Source: Candidatus Nomurabacteria bacterium
Lineage (GTDB): Bacteria > Patescibacteriota > Minisyncoccia > Phycocordibacterales > UBA5272
Direction: 5' to 3'
DNA length: 57,397 bases
Assembly (NCBI GenBank): GCA_003518045.1
Contig: DOZK01000020.1
Span: 19,292-76,688 of the forward strand
Each line of letters opens with the position of its first letter. The stretch's first letter is position 1. The notes beneath the pieces were generated by a model. The model saw nothing but the letters and a program-made list of their open reading frames with translations. It made no database searches and was not told the DNA's origin. Positions 1-8,523 of this stretch are shown here, piece by piece. Both the position numbers and the translations under genes were made by a program.

Positions 1-14
1 ACTTTTTGTATCTG

Positions 15-86
15 TGCCCCCGGCAGGAATCGAACCTGCAATAACGGCTTAGAAGTCCGCAGTTATATCCATTTAACTACAGGGGC
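15..86 (-). tRNA. tRNA-Arg(TCT)
   Basis: Reverse complement folds as a cloverleaf with anticodon loop CTTCTAA and T-loop GGTTCGATTCC; CCA not encoded. Confidence 0.93.
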
Positions 87-148
87 GTGGTTATATACTA
101 GCAAAAATATAATATATTGCACGCGTTAGCCCTTATTTTCTTTTGTAG

Positions 149-502
149 TTATTTTTTGGTTATTAATTTTACTCCAACATGACAATCTTTCAACAATTCT
201 GTTTTTTCAATACTAGTTGTTATAGAAATAATTTTTTCACTTTGTTTTATTAGTTCAGTATTCACTTTATATACGAGAGCCTCCAGTGTGTCGAAACGAT
301 TTTCTGTGCAAATCTTTATTATCGACTTTCGCATTGTTCCATAACACAAAGAGTCGTCAAAAATATCTTTCTTGGCTAAAATCTTATGAAACCGTGCTAA
401 CACTTCTGTATTTATTAGAAATTCTTGAGGGACAATTTTTTCTTTTTCTCTTAATCCATGAATTGCCCTAATCCTTAAATCTTTTATTAGTAATATGTAC
501 AT
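149..502 (-). CDS. folB: dihydroneopterin aldolase
   Basis: IKDLRIRAIHG...EK..PQEF, Y..M and FDTLEAL motifs of FolB; overlaps the upstream folate-related ligase. Confidence 0.8.
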   Translation of the reverse strand: MYILLIKDLRIRAIHGLREKEKIVPQEFLINTEVLARFHKILAKKDIFDDSLCYGTMRKSIIKICTENRFDTLEALVYKVNTELIKQSEKIISITTSIEKTELLKDCHVGVKLITKK

Positions 503-1208
503 AATTTATATTTTTTAGATTTGTAAAAAGTGGCTGATACATGTCATCTCGTATATCAATATGAAGCTCCTTCTTATTTATTTTTTCACAAAATTTTATA
601 TCGGTATTTGTTATGACCGCGAGAGGTTTACACTCATTTCCTTCTCCCATAGTAAAGACAGCTCCTGTTGCTAGACTATCTGCTACATCAACTCTTGAGA
701 CTTTAAATTTTCTACCAAAAATATCACGCTTTCCTATATAATCTTTTATCCCACTAAAACCAGCATAACCAAGAGCAACCCCAGTAACACCAGCACGAAG
801 TGGGAGTATGCGACTATCTGTAATAATTATTCCAAGATTTTTTATTTTGTATTTTTCTTGTAATTCTTTACGGATTTTCTTTGCAGAAAGAAAACTATTT
901 TTAGGAAGAAGAATTAATTTTCCATTTGCATTTGACTCATCTATTCCGGCGGAGGCCATTACTACTCCGTCTTTTATTGTGAGCCACGCATAACGCGTCT
1001 TTATAGCAAATTCACTTTCTAATTTAATATATTTTTCTTTTGTTTTTTCGTTTTCTATTATTACAGTTCTGTTTTCTGATAAGGCAACTATTTTGGAGGT
1101 AATTACAATTACAGAATTTTCTTTTACATTTTTTATGTTTTTAATTATGAAGGAAATTAAATTTTCTCCTTCATTAAATATTTTTGTTTTTATTGGTTGT
1201 ATTTTCAT
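468..1208 (-). CDS. CofE-family gamma-glutamyl ligase (probable folate polyglutamylation enzyme)
   Basis: VITSKIV, AGIDESNA, IITDS..PLR.G and GEGNE..P motifs of the CofE/F420:glutamate ligase family; adjacent to folB. Confidence 0.8.
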   Translation of the reverse strand: MKIQPIKTKIFNEGENLISFIIKNIKNVKENSVIVITSKIVALSENRTVIIENEKTKEKYIKLESEFAIKTRYAWLTIKDGVVMASAGIDESNANGKLILLPKNSFLSAKKIRKELQEKYKIKNLGIIITDSRILPLRAGVTGVALGYAGFSGIKDYIGKRDIFGRKFKVSRVDVADSLATGAVFTMGEGNECKPLAVITNTDIKFCEKINKKELHIDIRDDMYQPLFTNLKNINYVHITNKRFKD

Positions 1209-1254
1209 GTGAGGAATGTTAGGGGGTAAATTATAAAACTTTTGTATTTTATCT

Positions 1255-1414
1255 TGTCATACTCGCGAAGGCGGGTATCCAGAGTCTTCTGATTTAAGTA
1301 AGCAGTAACCAGTGGGCAGCCTGCCTCGCCGGCAAGGCGGGTAAGCAGTAATACAAATGCAGACACTGGACCCGCCAGCCGGCGAGGCAGGTTCCCGTTT
1401 TCACGGGAATGACA
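1255..1414. repeat. composite REP-like element (TGTCAT...ATCCAG / CTGGA...ATGACA) with nested CCTGCC-CCGGC-GGCAGG palindromes and 7-mer repeats
   Basis: Same arms as the copies at 20631, 28994, 38486, 47398, 50246 and 54280; internal block shared with 29036-29110. Confidence 0.85.
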
Positions 1415-1451
1415 TGAGTGCGGGTTTCGTAATTCAAAGTAAGCTTATAAA

Positions 1452-1487
1452 GAAAAAGCGCCGCCCGATAGGGGTGGCGCTTTTTAG
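1452..1487 (-). terminator. intrinsic terminator upstream of the cofE-like/folB operon
   Basis: AAAAAGCGCC...GGCGCTTTTT GC-rich hairpin with T tracts on both strands. Confidence 0.6.
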
Positions 1488-1812
1488 CACACAAAACCCT
1501 ATCTTTTGCGGAGATAAAGAGTTTTATTAGCAAAACTTGACCAAGTCATTGTATGGGAGTTGTTTAACATAGTTGTATAGTAGCAGAAAAATTAGGGAGG
1601 GGCGAGAGGTGGAAGTTTCTATAAATATAAGGGTCGGTCACCACTTTGGTATTTTATTTCATATCTTCGATACTCATAAAACACTCAAAGTCGCGACCCC
1701 GGGAAAAACCGACAAAAAAGTATTTCAAAAATAATTGAGCCCAATTTTTGAAACACTTTTTCGTAGACCGGTTTTTCGTTCGACCCCTACGAAAAGTGCT
1801 AAAAGCACTTTT

Positions 1813-1882
1813 CTCTATCTCCCACAAATACTAAAAAACACTATCTGCAGATAGTGTTTTTTAGTATTTGTGGGAGATAGAG
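1813..1882. repeat. perfect 70-bp palindrome incorporating the tRNA-Val 3' end
   Basis: CTCTATCTCCCACAAATACTAAAAAACACTATCTG|CAGATAGTGTTTTTTAGTATTTGTGGGAGATAGAG. Confidence 0.9.
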
Positions 1883-1943
1883 GGGTCGAACCTCTGACCT
1901 GATGAGTGTAAATCAACTGCTCTACCAACTGAGCTAATCTCCC
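1871..1943 (-). tRNA. tRNA-Val(TAC)
   Basis: Reverse complement GGGAGATTAGCTCAGTTGGTAGAGC...TTTACAC...GGTTCGACCC. Confidence 0.93.
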
Positions 1944-1969
1944 TAATATGTGTTATAGTAACCCATATT

Positions 1970-2701
1970 ATGGATTTCCGCAAGATATACGAAGACAACC
2001 ACACTTTAGTCATAGATAAGACTATTGGCATTATGGTGCACCCAGATGAGAGACAGGACGAAAAGACTATCTCTGACTGGTTTAAAGAAAACTACAATGT
2101 TTTAGGTGCGGGAGAGCTTTCGCGTGAAGGTATAGTTCACAGGCTAGACCGTAATACAACGGGAGTGTTAATTCTTGCAAAAGATAAAATTGCCTACACC
2201 TCATACAAGAAACAATTTAAGGATCACACCGCAAGAAAAGTTTATCGAGCAATTGTTGAAGGAAATTTAAAAAATGATATAGGAATGATATCTGCTCCGC
2301 TTGCTCGTGCTAAAAGTGATTTCCGCAGACGCACTATTGTTGATATGTTTTCAGGTGATCAAAGAGGGGAGGAAAGAGAAGCCATTACTCGCTATAAAGT
2401 TTTGTCTCGTTCCAAAACAAAAGACGGCAGATCTTTTACTTATGTTGAGTGCTATCCATTAACCGGACGCACACATCAAATTCGTGCGCACTTTAGAGGT
2501 ATTCGTCATCCAATTATTGGAGACGATTTATATGGTTCGGAAATCGGAAAAGATTTAGCTCCTAGGTCTATGCTTCATGCATATTCATTAACGCTGGATA
2601 TTCCAGGAGAAAAAGAAGGGAAGGTAACAAAAACCTTTATTGCTGATATTCCAGAGGATATGATTGAAGTTTTAAAGCGTCTTCTATTGGATGGAAAATA
2701 A
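1970..2701 (+). CDS. RluA/RluD-family pseudouridine synthase
   Basis: VHRLDRNTTG catalytic motif, TGRTHQIRAH, HPIIGDDLYG. Confidence 0.93.
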   Translation: MDFRKIYEDNHTLVIDKTIGIMVHPDERQDEKTISDWFKENYNVLGAGELSREGIVHRLDRNTTGVLILAKDKIAYTSYKKQFKDHTARKVYRAIVEGNLKNDIGMISAPLARAKSDFRRRTIVDMFSGDQRGEEREAITRYKVLSRSKTKDGRSFTYVECYPLTGRTHQIRAHFRGIRHPIIGDDLYGSEIGKDLAPRSMLHAYSLTLDIPGEKEGKVTKTFIADIPEDMIEVLKRLLLDGK

Positions 2702-2843
2702 ACATGGATTAAACATTAGTTTTTGTATTTATCTAACATCTAAAATCTATTGTCTAATGTCTACCCAAAAGCTGTTGCTTATATAGATTTTTTGTGTTAA
2801 AATACCCCCACTTAGATTACTACATAGAATCTTGTAAGAAATT

Positions 2844-3272
2844 ATGAAAACAACTATTAAGTTAACACCCGTTGATATTGAAGTCCGTAAAGGACTTGAT
2901 TTTGCATCTGGAGACATTGTTCGTGTATGGAATAAAATCAAAGAAGCTGATGGAAAGACAAGACTTCAAGCTTTTGAAGGAATGGTTCTTGCTCGAAAGC
3001 ATGGTACAGAGATAGGTGGGACTTTCACAATTCGTAAAGTTGCGTCAGGTGTTGGAGTGGAACGTGTATTCCCACTTTATTCTGTAATGATTGATAAGAT
3101 TGAATTAGTCCGTCATGCGAAAACTCGTAGAAGTAAACTTTATTATGTTCGCGATAAGGCATTACGTGATGTACGTAGAAAGTTAAAGAAAGATGTTAAA
3201 GTTGTAAAGAAAGGAAGTACAACAACAACCGAAGTAGCTGTAGAAGAAACTCCGGAAGAAGTTACAGCATAG
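2844..3272 (+). CDS. rplS: 50S ribosomal protein L19
   Basis: GDIVRV...RLQAFEG...GVGVERVFP...RRSKLYY. Confidence 0.97.
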   Translation: MKTTIKLTPVDIEVRKGLDFASGDIVRVWNKIKEADGKTRLQAFEGMVLARKHGTEIGGTFTIRKVASGVGVERVFPLYSVMIDKIELVRHAKTRRSKLYYVRDKALRDVRRKLKKDVKVVKKGSTTTTEVAVEETPEEVTA

Positions 3273-3281
3273 TAAAAATAA

Positions 3282-3310
3282 AAAGAGCGAGGCCGTAGGC
3301 CTCGCTCTTT
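3282..3310 (+). terminator. intrinsic terminator after rplS
   Basis: AAAGAGCGAGGCC-GTA-GGCCTCGCTCTTT hairpin followed by a T-rich tract. Confidence 0.75.
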
Positions 3311-3366
3311 AGTTTTTAATTTTTCCGTGTTAGTATTTCAATACCTCATAAGAAATTAAATTAAAT

Positions 3367-3451
3367 GCCCAGGTGGGGAAATTGGTAGACCCATTACCTT
3401 GAGGTGGTAACGTCGAAAGACATGCTGGTTCAAGTCCAGTCCTGGGCACCA
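3367..3451 (+). tRNA. tRNA-Leu(GAG)
   Basis: Cloverleaf with long variable arm, anticodon loop TTGAGGT, encoded CCA. Confidence 0.93.
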
Positions 3452-3584
3452 AATTTAAAAACACTAAGTCACTCGACTTAGTGTTTTTACATTTTATGCT
3501 CAAATTAAAAGAATTCCTCGCTCTTCAAAAAATATCGAAAATGTGTTAGAGTAAAACCCTAATTCGGAAACGAATTGTGTATAT

Positions 3585-3657
3585 GGTGCCTATAGTGTAA
3601 TGGTTAGCACGCGGGCTTGTGGAGCCCTCAGTTCCGGTTCAAATCCGGATAGGCACA
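3585..3657 (+). tRNA. tRNA-His(GTG)
   Basis: GTGCCTA/TAGGCAC acceptor stem, anticodon loop TTGTGGA, GGTTCAAATCC T-arm. Confidence 0.92.
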
Positions 3658-3810
3658 CACGTATTTTAAGAAAACCCCTTAAGAGGGGTTTTCTTGTGTG
3701 TGCCTATCCGGAGGAAAAGGGACTGGAATACATAAATTATACCTAAAAATACACATAATTTACGTTTATAATAAATACTTAAAAATTTAGAATTGATATA
3801 CTCTTTAAAT

Positions 3811-4080
3811 ATGGAATCCCAAATTAAACAAATACAAGAAGATTTAGAAATAATAAAAAATCGAAACAAAAAAGTCGAGCAGAATAAAGCTTGGGAGACA
3901 AGTTTTTTTCGTAAGATTTCAATAATAGTAATAACTTACATTGTTGCATCCTTAGTTATGTATTTTATCGGAGTTCCAAACTTTTTACTTAATGCCCTCA
4001 TTCCAACTATTGGATTTTTCCTCTCAACCCTCTCATTTTCTTTCTTAAAAAATTGGTGGATAGAAAAATTTGCTAAATAA
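3811..4080 (+). CDS. small two-TM membrane protein
   Basis: ATG at 3811 directly after a TATACT -10 box; coiled N-terminus then two hydrophobic segments. Confidence 0.65.
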   Translation: MESQIKQIQEDLEIIKNRNKKVEQNKAWETSFFRKISIIVITYIVASLVMYFIGVPNFLLNALIPTIGFFLSTLSFSFLKNWWIEKFAK

Positions 4081-4098
4081 GTTTACAATAGTAGACAT

Positions 4099-5352
4099 AT
4101 GTCAAAAAATAAAATACTAAGCATAGCTATTTCCTTACTTGTTATTCCTCAAATTACTTTTGCTGTTTGGTGGAACCCTATTTCTTGGTTTAGTTTTAAT
4201 AAAACAAAACAGACAAAAGAAATTGTAGGAAAATCTGCGGAACAGAGTGGCTTAAATTCAGTAATTACTAAAGCAACTAGCTCTAATTTTTTAGTCGGTA
4301 GTACAAGTAAAGAATCACAAAAAAAGATTTTAGAAGAAGTAAAAAATAAAGAATTAGAATACAAAAAAATTTTAGCCGATAGAAAAAACGCGAAGGAACA
4401 AATAGAAAAAAATACTGAGATTTCTAAAAAAGAAAATACGATCAGTCCAGCACAAAATGAGACAACAAAAAGTAACGGAGTTAATTTAACCATCGTTACA
4501 AACCAAGGTGGAAGTATTTTCTATCCAGAAAATACTATTTTTTGTCATAATCTAGAAACTTGTAAAAAAACTTTCTCCGGGAACAAAAAAATTAATTTAA
4601 AAGCAATCCCTATGGAAGGCTACGCTTTTAAAGAATGGTCAGAAGCTAGTTGTGGTAAGTCTTTAGAATGTATTATTAATACGCTGGAAGATATGACCGT
4701 ATATGCTAGATTTGAAGTTAAGAAACCAATAGAACGTACTGGACGTATCACCTCAATATCTCATCCGTCCGAAACTTGTTATGTAACACTAGGGAGAGAG
4801 AATTGTAATATTCCTTTACGATGGGTAAATAATACAGCCCTCGATATGTTAATTAATCTTGATGGAACAGAATATTACATATCAACAGAGGATAAAAATA
4901 GTTTTCCGTATCCACTGGATGCTGATCCAGTAGAAATTGCTAAAGCAGAAACTGAAAATGCGACAGGCCTTACTTTTCTTACATTAGAACGAGGTACTCA
5001 TAAAATTTCTCTTACTGGTGGCGGAAAGACATTAGATACAGTTAATATAAACGTAGAATGTGCTACTGATACTTCTTGGGATGGTAGAAAGTGTTGGCAA
5101 AAAGGAGCTAATCAACTTTTTATTTTTAGAGAAGAAGGGGTAGTTATTAAATCAGATTTACCAGGTATCAATTGTGGTTATAATCCAGAAAAATGTTTAG
5201 CTGGTTTTGCTTCAGGAAAAATAGTTACATTAAAAGCAATAGTAGCGAAAGGCCGCTCTTTCGGTGAGTGGACAGGGGATTGTTCTGGTAAAGAATTAAC
5301 TTGTACATTGTTGATGGACAAGCAAAAAAATGTCGGGGTTAAAATAAGGTAA
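4099..5352 (+). CDS. secreted surface protein with InlB-B-like (divergent bacterial repeat) domains
   Basis: Signal peptide plus WWNPISW; two C...V.L.A...G..F..W...C....C repeat units. Confidence 0.7.
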   Translation: MSKNKILSIAISLLVIPQITFAVWWNPISWFSFNKTKQTKEIVGKSAEQSGLNSVITKATSSNFLVGSTSKESQKKILEEVKNKELEYKKILADRKNAKEQIEKNTEISKKENTISPAQNETTKSNGVNLTIVTNQGGSIFYPENTIFCHNLETCKKTFSGNKKINLKAIPMEGYAFKEWSEASCGKSLECIINTLEDMTVYARFEVKKPIERTGRITSISHPSETCYVTLGRENCNIPLRWVNNTALDMLINLDGTEYYISTEDKNSFPYPLDADPVEIAKAETENATGLTFLTLERGTHKISLTGGGKTLDTVNINVECATDTSWDGRKCWQKGANQLFIFREEGVVIKSDLPGINCGYNPEKCLAGFASGKIVTLKAIVAKGRSFGEWTGDCSGKELTCTLLMDKQKNVGVKIR

Positions 5353-5354
5353 AT

Positions 5355-6002
5355 ATGAAATTAAAATCATTAGCAAAAATAGATTTGCCGAGGGAGAAGC
5401 TTCAGAAGTATGGAGTTAATAAGCTCAAAGACCATGAACTTTTGGCTCTTTTGCTTGGTTCTGGAATTAAAGATACAAATGTATTAGAACTTTCAAAAAA
5501 GATTTTAAAAAATATAGAAAAGGATGGAATTGATAAAATTACTTTAGAAAAACTTTTGGTAATTAAAGGCCTCGGTAAAGCAAAATCCTCACAAATTATT
5601 GCATTATTGGAACTCGGAAAGCGTTTGCATACAGACCGTAATCCCGAAGTATTATCAGCACAAGATGTATGGAATCTATGTGCAGACTTTCGTGAATCAA
5701 AGAAAGAACATTTTGCAGCATTTTTTTTAGATACTCAAAGTCGTCTAATAGAAAGGCAAATTATTTCAATCGGAACTTTAAATACAAGTCTTGTTCACCC
5801 GCGCGAAGTTTTTGAACCAGCTATAAAACTTTCAGCAGCGTCAATAATTATCGCCCACAATCACCCGTCAGGGTCACTTGAACCTTCAAAAGAAGATAAA
5901 AAAGTTACCGAACGACTCAAACAATCAGGGGAATTACTTGGAATTGAAGTCGTTGACCATATTGTTCTTTCAAAATCAGGGTTTTTAAGTATAAAGTCAT
6001 AA
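5355..6002 (+). CDS. radC: RadC family JAB/MPN-domain protein
   Basis: PREKL...G; VHPREVF; AHNHPSG; VVDHIV. Confidence 0.93.
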   Translation: MKLKSLAKIDLPREKLQKYGVNKLKDHELLALLLGSGIKDTNVLELSKKILKNIEKDGIDKITLEKLLVIKGLGKAKSSQIIALLELGKRLHTDRNPEVLSAQDVWNLCADFRESKKEHFAAFFLDTQSRLIERQIISIGTLNTSLVHPREVFEPAIKLSAASIIIAHNHPSGSLEPSKEDKKVTERLKQSGELLGIEVVDHIVLSKSGFLSIKS

Positions 6003-6084
6003 AATTACATTTAAATTAAACAGTAACAAGTGTGTGTGTCTAAAAATGATTGACATTTAAAATATAGTTTGATAATATGTAATT

Positions 6085-6684
6085 ATGTTTAGAAAAGTTA
6101 AATTACAAGATATTGCTGAGGTATATACAGGATATACCTTTCGTGAAGCCGTTTTGCCTGCATTAAATGGTAATATTTCTGTTTTACAGGCAAAAGATAT
6201 TATTCAAAATGAGTCTATTTTAAACACAAGTGGTCTTACCAAAGTTTCTCTCGAACTATCTCGCAGTAATTCATATGTTTTATATAATGACATTCTTTTA
6301 ATATCTCGCGCTAGAGGTCCTGGAAGTTTTCGGTCAACTATTTTTGAGAGTAAAGAAAAAAACGTAATAGCGTCCTCATCTATTTTTATAATACGCATTA
6401 CAGATAAAATTATTTTACCTAAATACATTTCAATATATTTAAACTCCTCAGATGGGCAGAATGATTTGGTACAATTATTATCAGGTTCATATATAAAAAC
6501 AGTGCCACGAAAAAATTTAGAAGAATTACAGATACCGATACCATCACTCCAAAAACAAAAAATATTTATAGAACTCAATGAAAATATTAAACAACAAGAA
6601 AAGATTTTAGAAAGGAAAAAAGAAATAAAACAAAACATTATTAACACAGCATTCACTAATTTAGTTAGAGAACAAAAGATATGA
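6085..6684 (+). CDS. half-size type I restriction specificity-like protein (single target recognition domain)
   Basis: VKLQDIAEVYTG...IPIPSLQKQK conserved HsdS segments; lies upstream of hsdM. Confidence 0.7.
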   Translation: MFRKVKLQDIAEVYTGYTFREAVLPALNGNISVLQAKDIIQNESILNTSGLTKVSLELSRSNSYVLYNDILLISRARGPGSFRSTIFESKEKNVIASSSIFIIRITDKIILPKYISIYLNSSDGQNDLVQLLSGSYIKTVPRKNLEELQIPIPSLQKQKIFIELNENIKQQEKILERKKEIKQNIINTAFTNLVREQKI

Positions 6685-7007
6685 AAACAAAAACAGAAAA
6701 CACAATAGCAGAATCGATGAAAGTGGAAATTGCTTTCCCTGAGTGTGTTCATATAGAGCTTGTTCGGGCAAATGATATAAGACATTATGAAATATTTTTG
6801 TGGTTAATTTCTTTGTCTATGTCTGTATCCTCTGGTTTTTGGGTATCTTTTGCCACAACACCTTTTAATAAAGTCTTACTCGCAGTTAGTCTTTCTTTTA
6901 CTTTGTTTACATTAGTTTTTGGAGCTGTAGCTTATTATTATCGTTTAAAGATAAAAGATACGAAACTAAAAAAGATTCTTATATTAGATAATTTTAACAA
7001 TAAATAA
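6681..7007 (+). CDS. two-TM membrane protein of unknown function within the RM operon
   Basis: Two hydrophobic stretches; overlaps the upstream ORF by 4 nt and ends 3 nt before hsdM. Confidence 0.6.
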   Translation: MKTKTENTIAESMKVEIAFPECVHIELVRANDIRHYEIFLWLISLSMSVSSGFWVSFATTPFNKVLLAVSLSFTLFTLVFGAVAYYYRLKIKDTKLKKILILDNFNNK

Positions 7008-7010
7008 ACC

Positions 7011-8519
7011 ATGACAAAAAAATACACACAAGAAGATCTGAACAAAATTCTCTGGGGGGCAGCAGATTCTTCTCGCATACAATTAAATGGGGCGGACTAT
7101 ATGAACTACGTATTGCCGATGCTTTTTTTTAAGTATCTCAGTGACAAATCAAAGCAGGAACACGAAGAATATAAAAAACGTTTTGGAAATGATGAGAAAC
7201 GTATTGAAGAAAAAATGAAGCTTAGTCGTTTCTATTTACCACTGAAATCCTCATTTGATTATATTTATTCTATTTTGGAGCAAGATAATTTAGGTGAAGA
7301 AATAAACAAAGCACTTCATCGTATAGAAGATACAAACAAAGAAAAATTAGAAGGTGTATTCAGTGTTGACTTCAACTCTGAATCAACTCTTGGGAAATTA
7401 AATGAGAGAAACAAAATGCTTCGCCACCTCGTGCAGGATTTCACCAAAATTGATTTGTCAGATGTGAGTGATGACATCATTGGTAACTCATATATGTATA
7501 TGATTGAACGCTTTGGAGCTGACGCTGGAAAAAAAGCGGGGGAATTTTTTACGGTAAGAAATGTTGCGAAGCTCGTAGCAAAATTAGCAGAACCAAAACC
7601 AGGAGCTCGTATATGCGACCCATGTTCAGGTTCCGGTGGCCTACTTTTGCTCGCTGGTGAAGAAGTAGAAAAGCAAAGTTCAAAAAATTATGCCCTCTAT
7701 GGACAAGAATCTACTGGTTCAACATATCAACTCGCTCGTATGAATATGTTCCTTCATGATAAAGATTCGGCCCGATTAGAATGGGGAGATACATTAAATA
7801 ATCCGCTTCTTGTAGAGAATGATCATTTAATGAAGTTTGACACTATCGTGAGTAACCCACCGTTCTCTCTTAAAAAATGGGGAGCCGAACAGGCAGAAGG
7901 AGATAAATATAATCGTTTTTGGCGTGGCATTCCACCAAAAGATAAAGGAGACTTTGCTTTTATTACACACATGGTAGAGACTGCAAAAGCAAAGACAGGG
8001 CGTATAGCTGTAATCGTTCCACATGGAGTTTTATTCCGAAGTGGAGCAGAAGGAAAAATTCGTGAGCAATTAATAAAAGAAAATATTATTGATGCAGTCA
8101 TTGGGCTCCCTTCAGGACTATTCCAGACAACTGGTATTCCTGTTGCTATTCTCATCATAGACCGCTCTCGTGAAAAAGGCGGAGAAAACGAAAGCAAGAA
8201 AGATATTTTCTTTGTTGAGGCGTCAAAAGAATTTAAGGCCAACAAAGCACAGAATATTCTTACAGAAGAAAATATTGATAAGATTTATTCTACATACAAG
8301 AATCGTAAGAATGTTGCAAAGTTTGCTCGTAAAGTTGATTTTAAGGAGTTGGAAGAAAATGATTTTAATCTCAATATCACTCGCTATGTAGATACTTTTG
8401 TAGAAGAAGAACCCGTTGATATTAAAGCAAACTTGAAAGAGCTTGCAGAACTTGAGCCAGAGCTTCAAAAGCTAGAAAAGCAAATGGTCGTATATTTAAA
8501 GGAATTAGGAATTAAATGA
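7011..8519 (+). CDS. hsdM: type I RM methyltransferase subunit
   Basis: GEFFT, DPCSGSGG (SAM binding), NPPF catalytic motif, PHGVLFR. Confidence 0.96.
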   Translation: MTKKYTQEDLNKILWGAADSSRIQLNGADYMNYVLPMLFFKYLSDKSKQEHEEYKKRFGNDEKRIEEKMKLSRFYLPLKSSFDYIYSILEQDNLGEEINKALHRIEDTNKEKLEGVFSVDFNSESTLGKLNERNKMLRHLVQDFTKIDLSDVSDDIIGNSYMYMIERFGADAGKKAGEFFTVRNVAKLVAKLAEPKPGARICDPCSGSGGLLLLAGEEVEKQSSKNYALYGQESTGSTYQLARMNMFLHDKDSARLEWGDTLNNPLLVENDHLMKFDTIVSNPPFSLKKWGAEQAEGDKYNRFWRGIPPKDKGDFAFITHMVETAKAKTGRIAVIVPHGVLFRSGAEGKIREQLIKENIIDAVIGLPSGLFQTTGIPVAILIIDRSREKGGENESKKDIFFVEASKEFKANKAQNILTEENIDKIYSTYKNRKNVAKFARKVDFKELEENDFNLNITRYVDTFVEEEPVDIKANLKELAELEPELQKLEKQMVVYLKELGIK

Positions 8520-8523
8520 CTAT

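Noticed and set aside
1294..1533. 79-aa minus-strand ORF
   Set aside because: Composed of REP-like repeat and terminator sequence (VIPVKTG, LPALPARQA are repeat translations)
6204..6785. 193-aa minus-strand ORF and similar antisense ORFs throughout the window
   Set aside because: They overlap well-supported genes on the opposite strand and show no recognisable motifs
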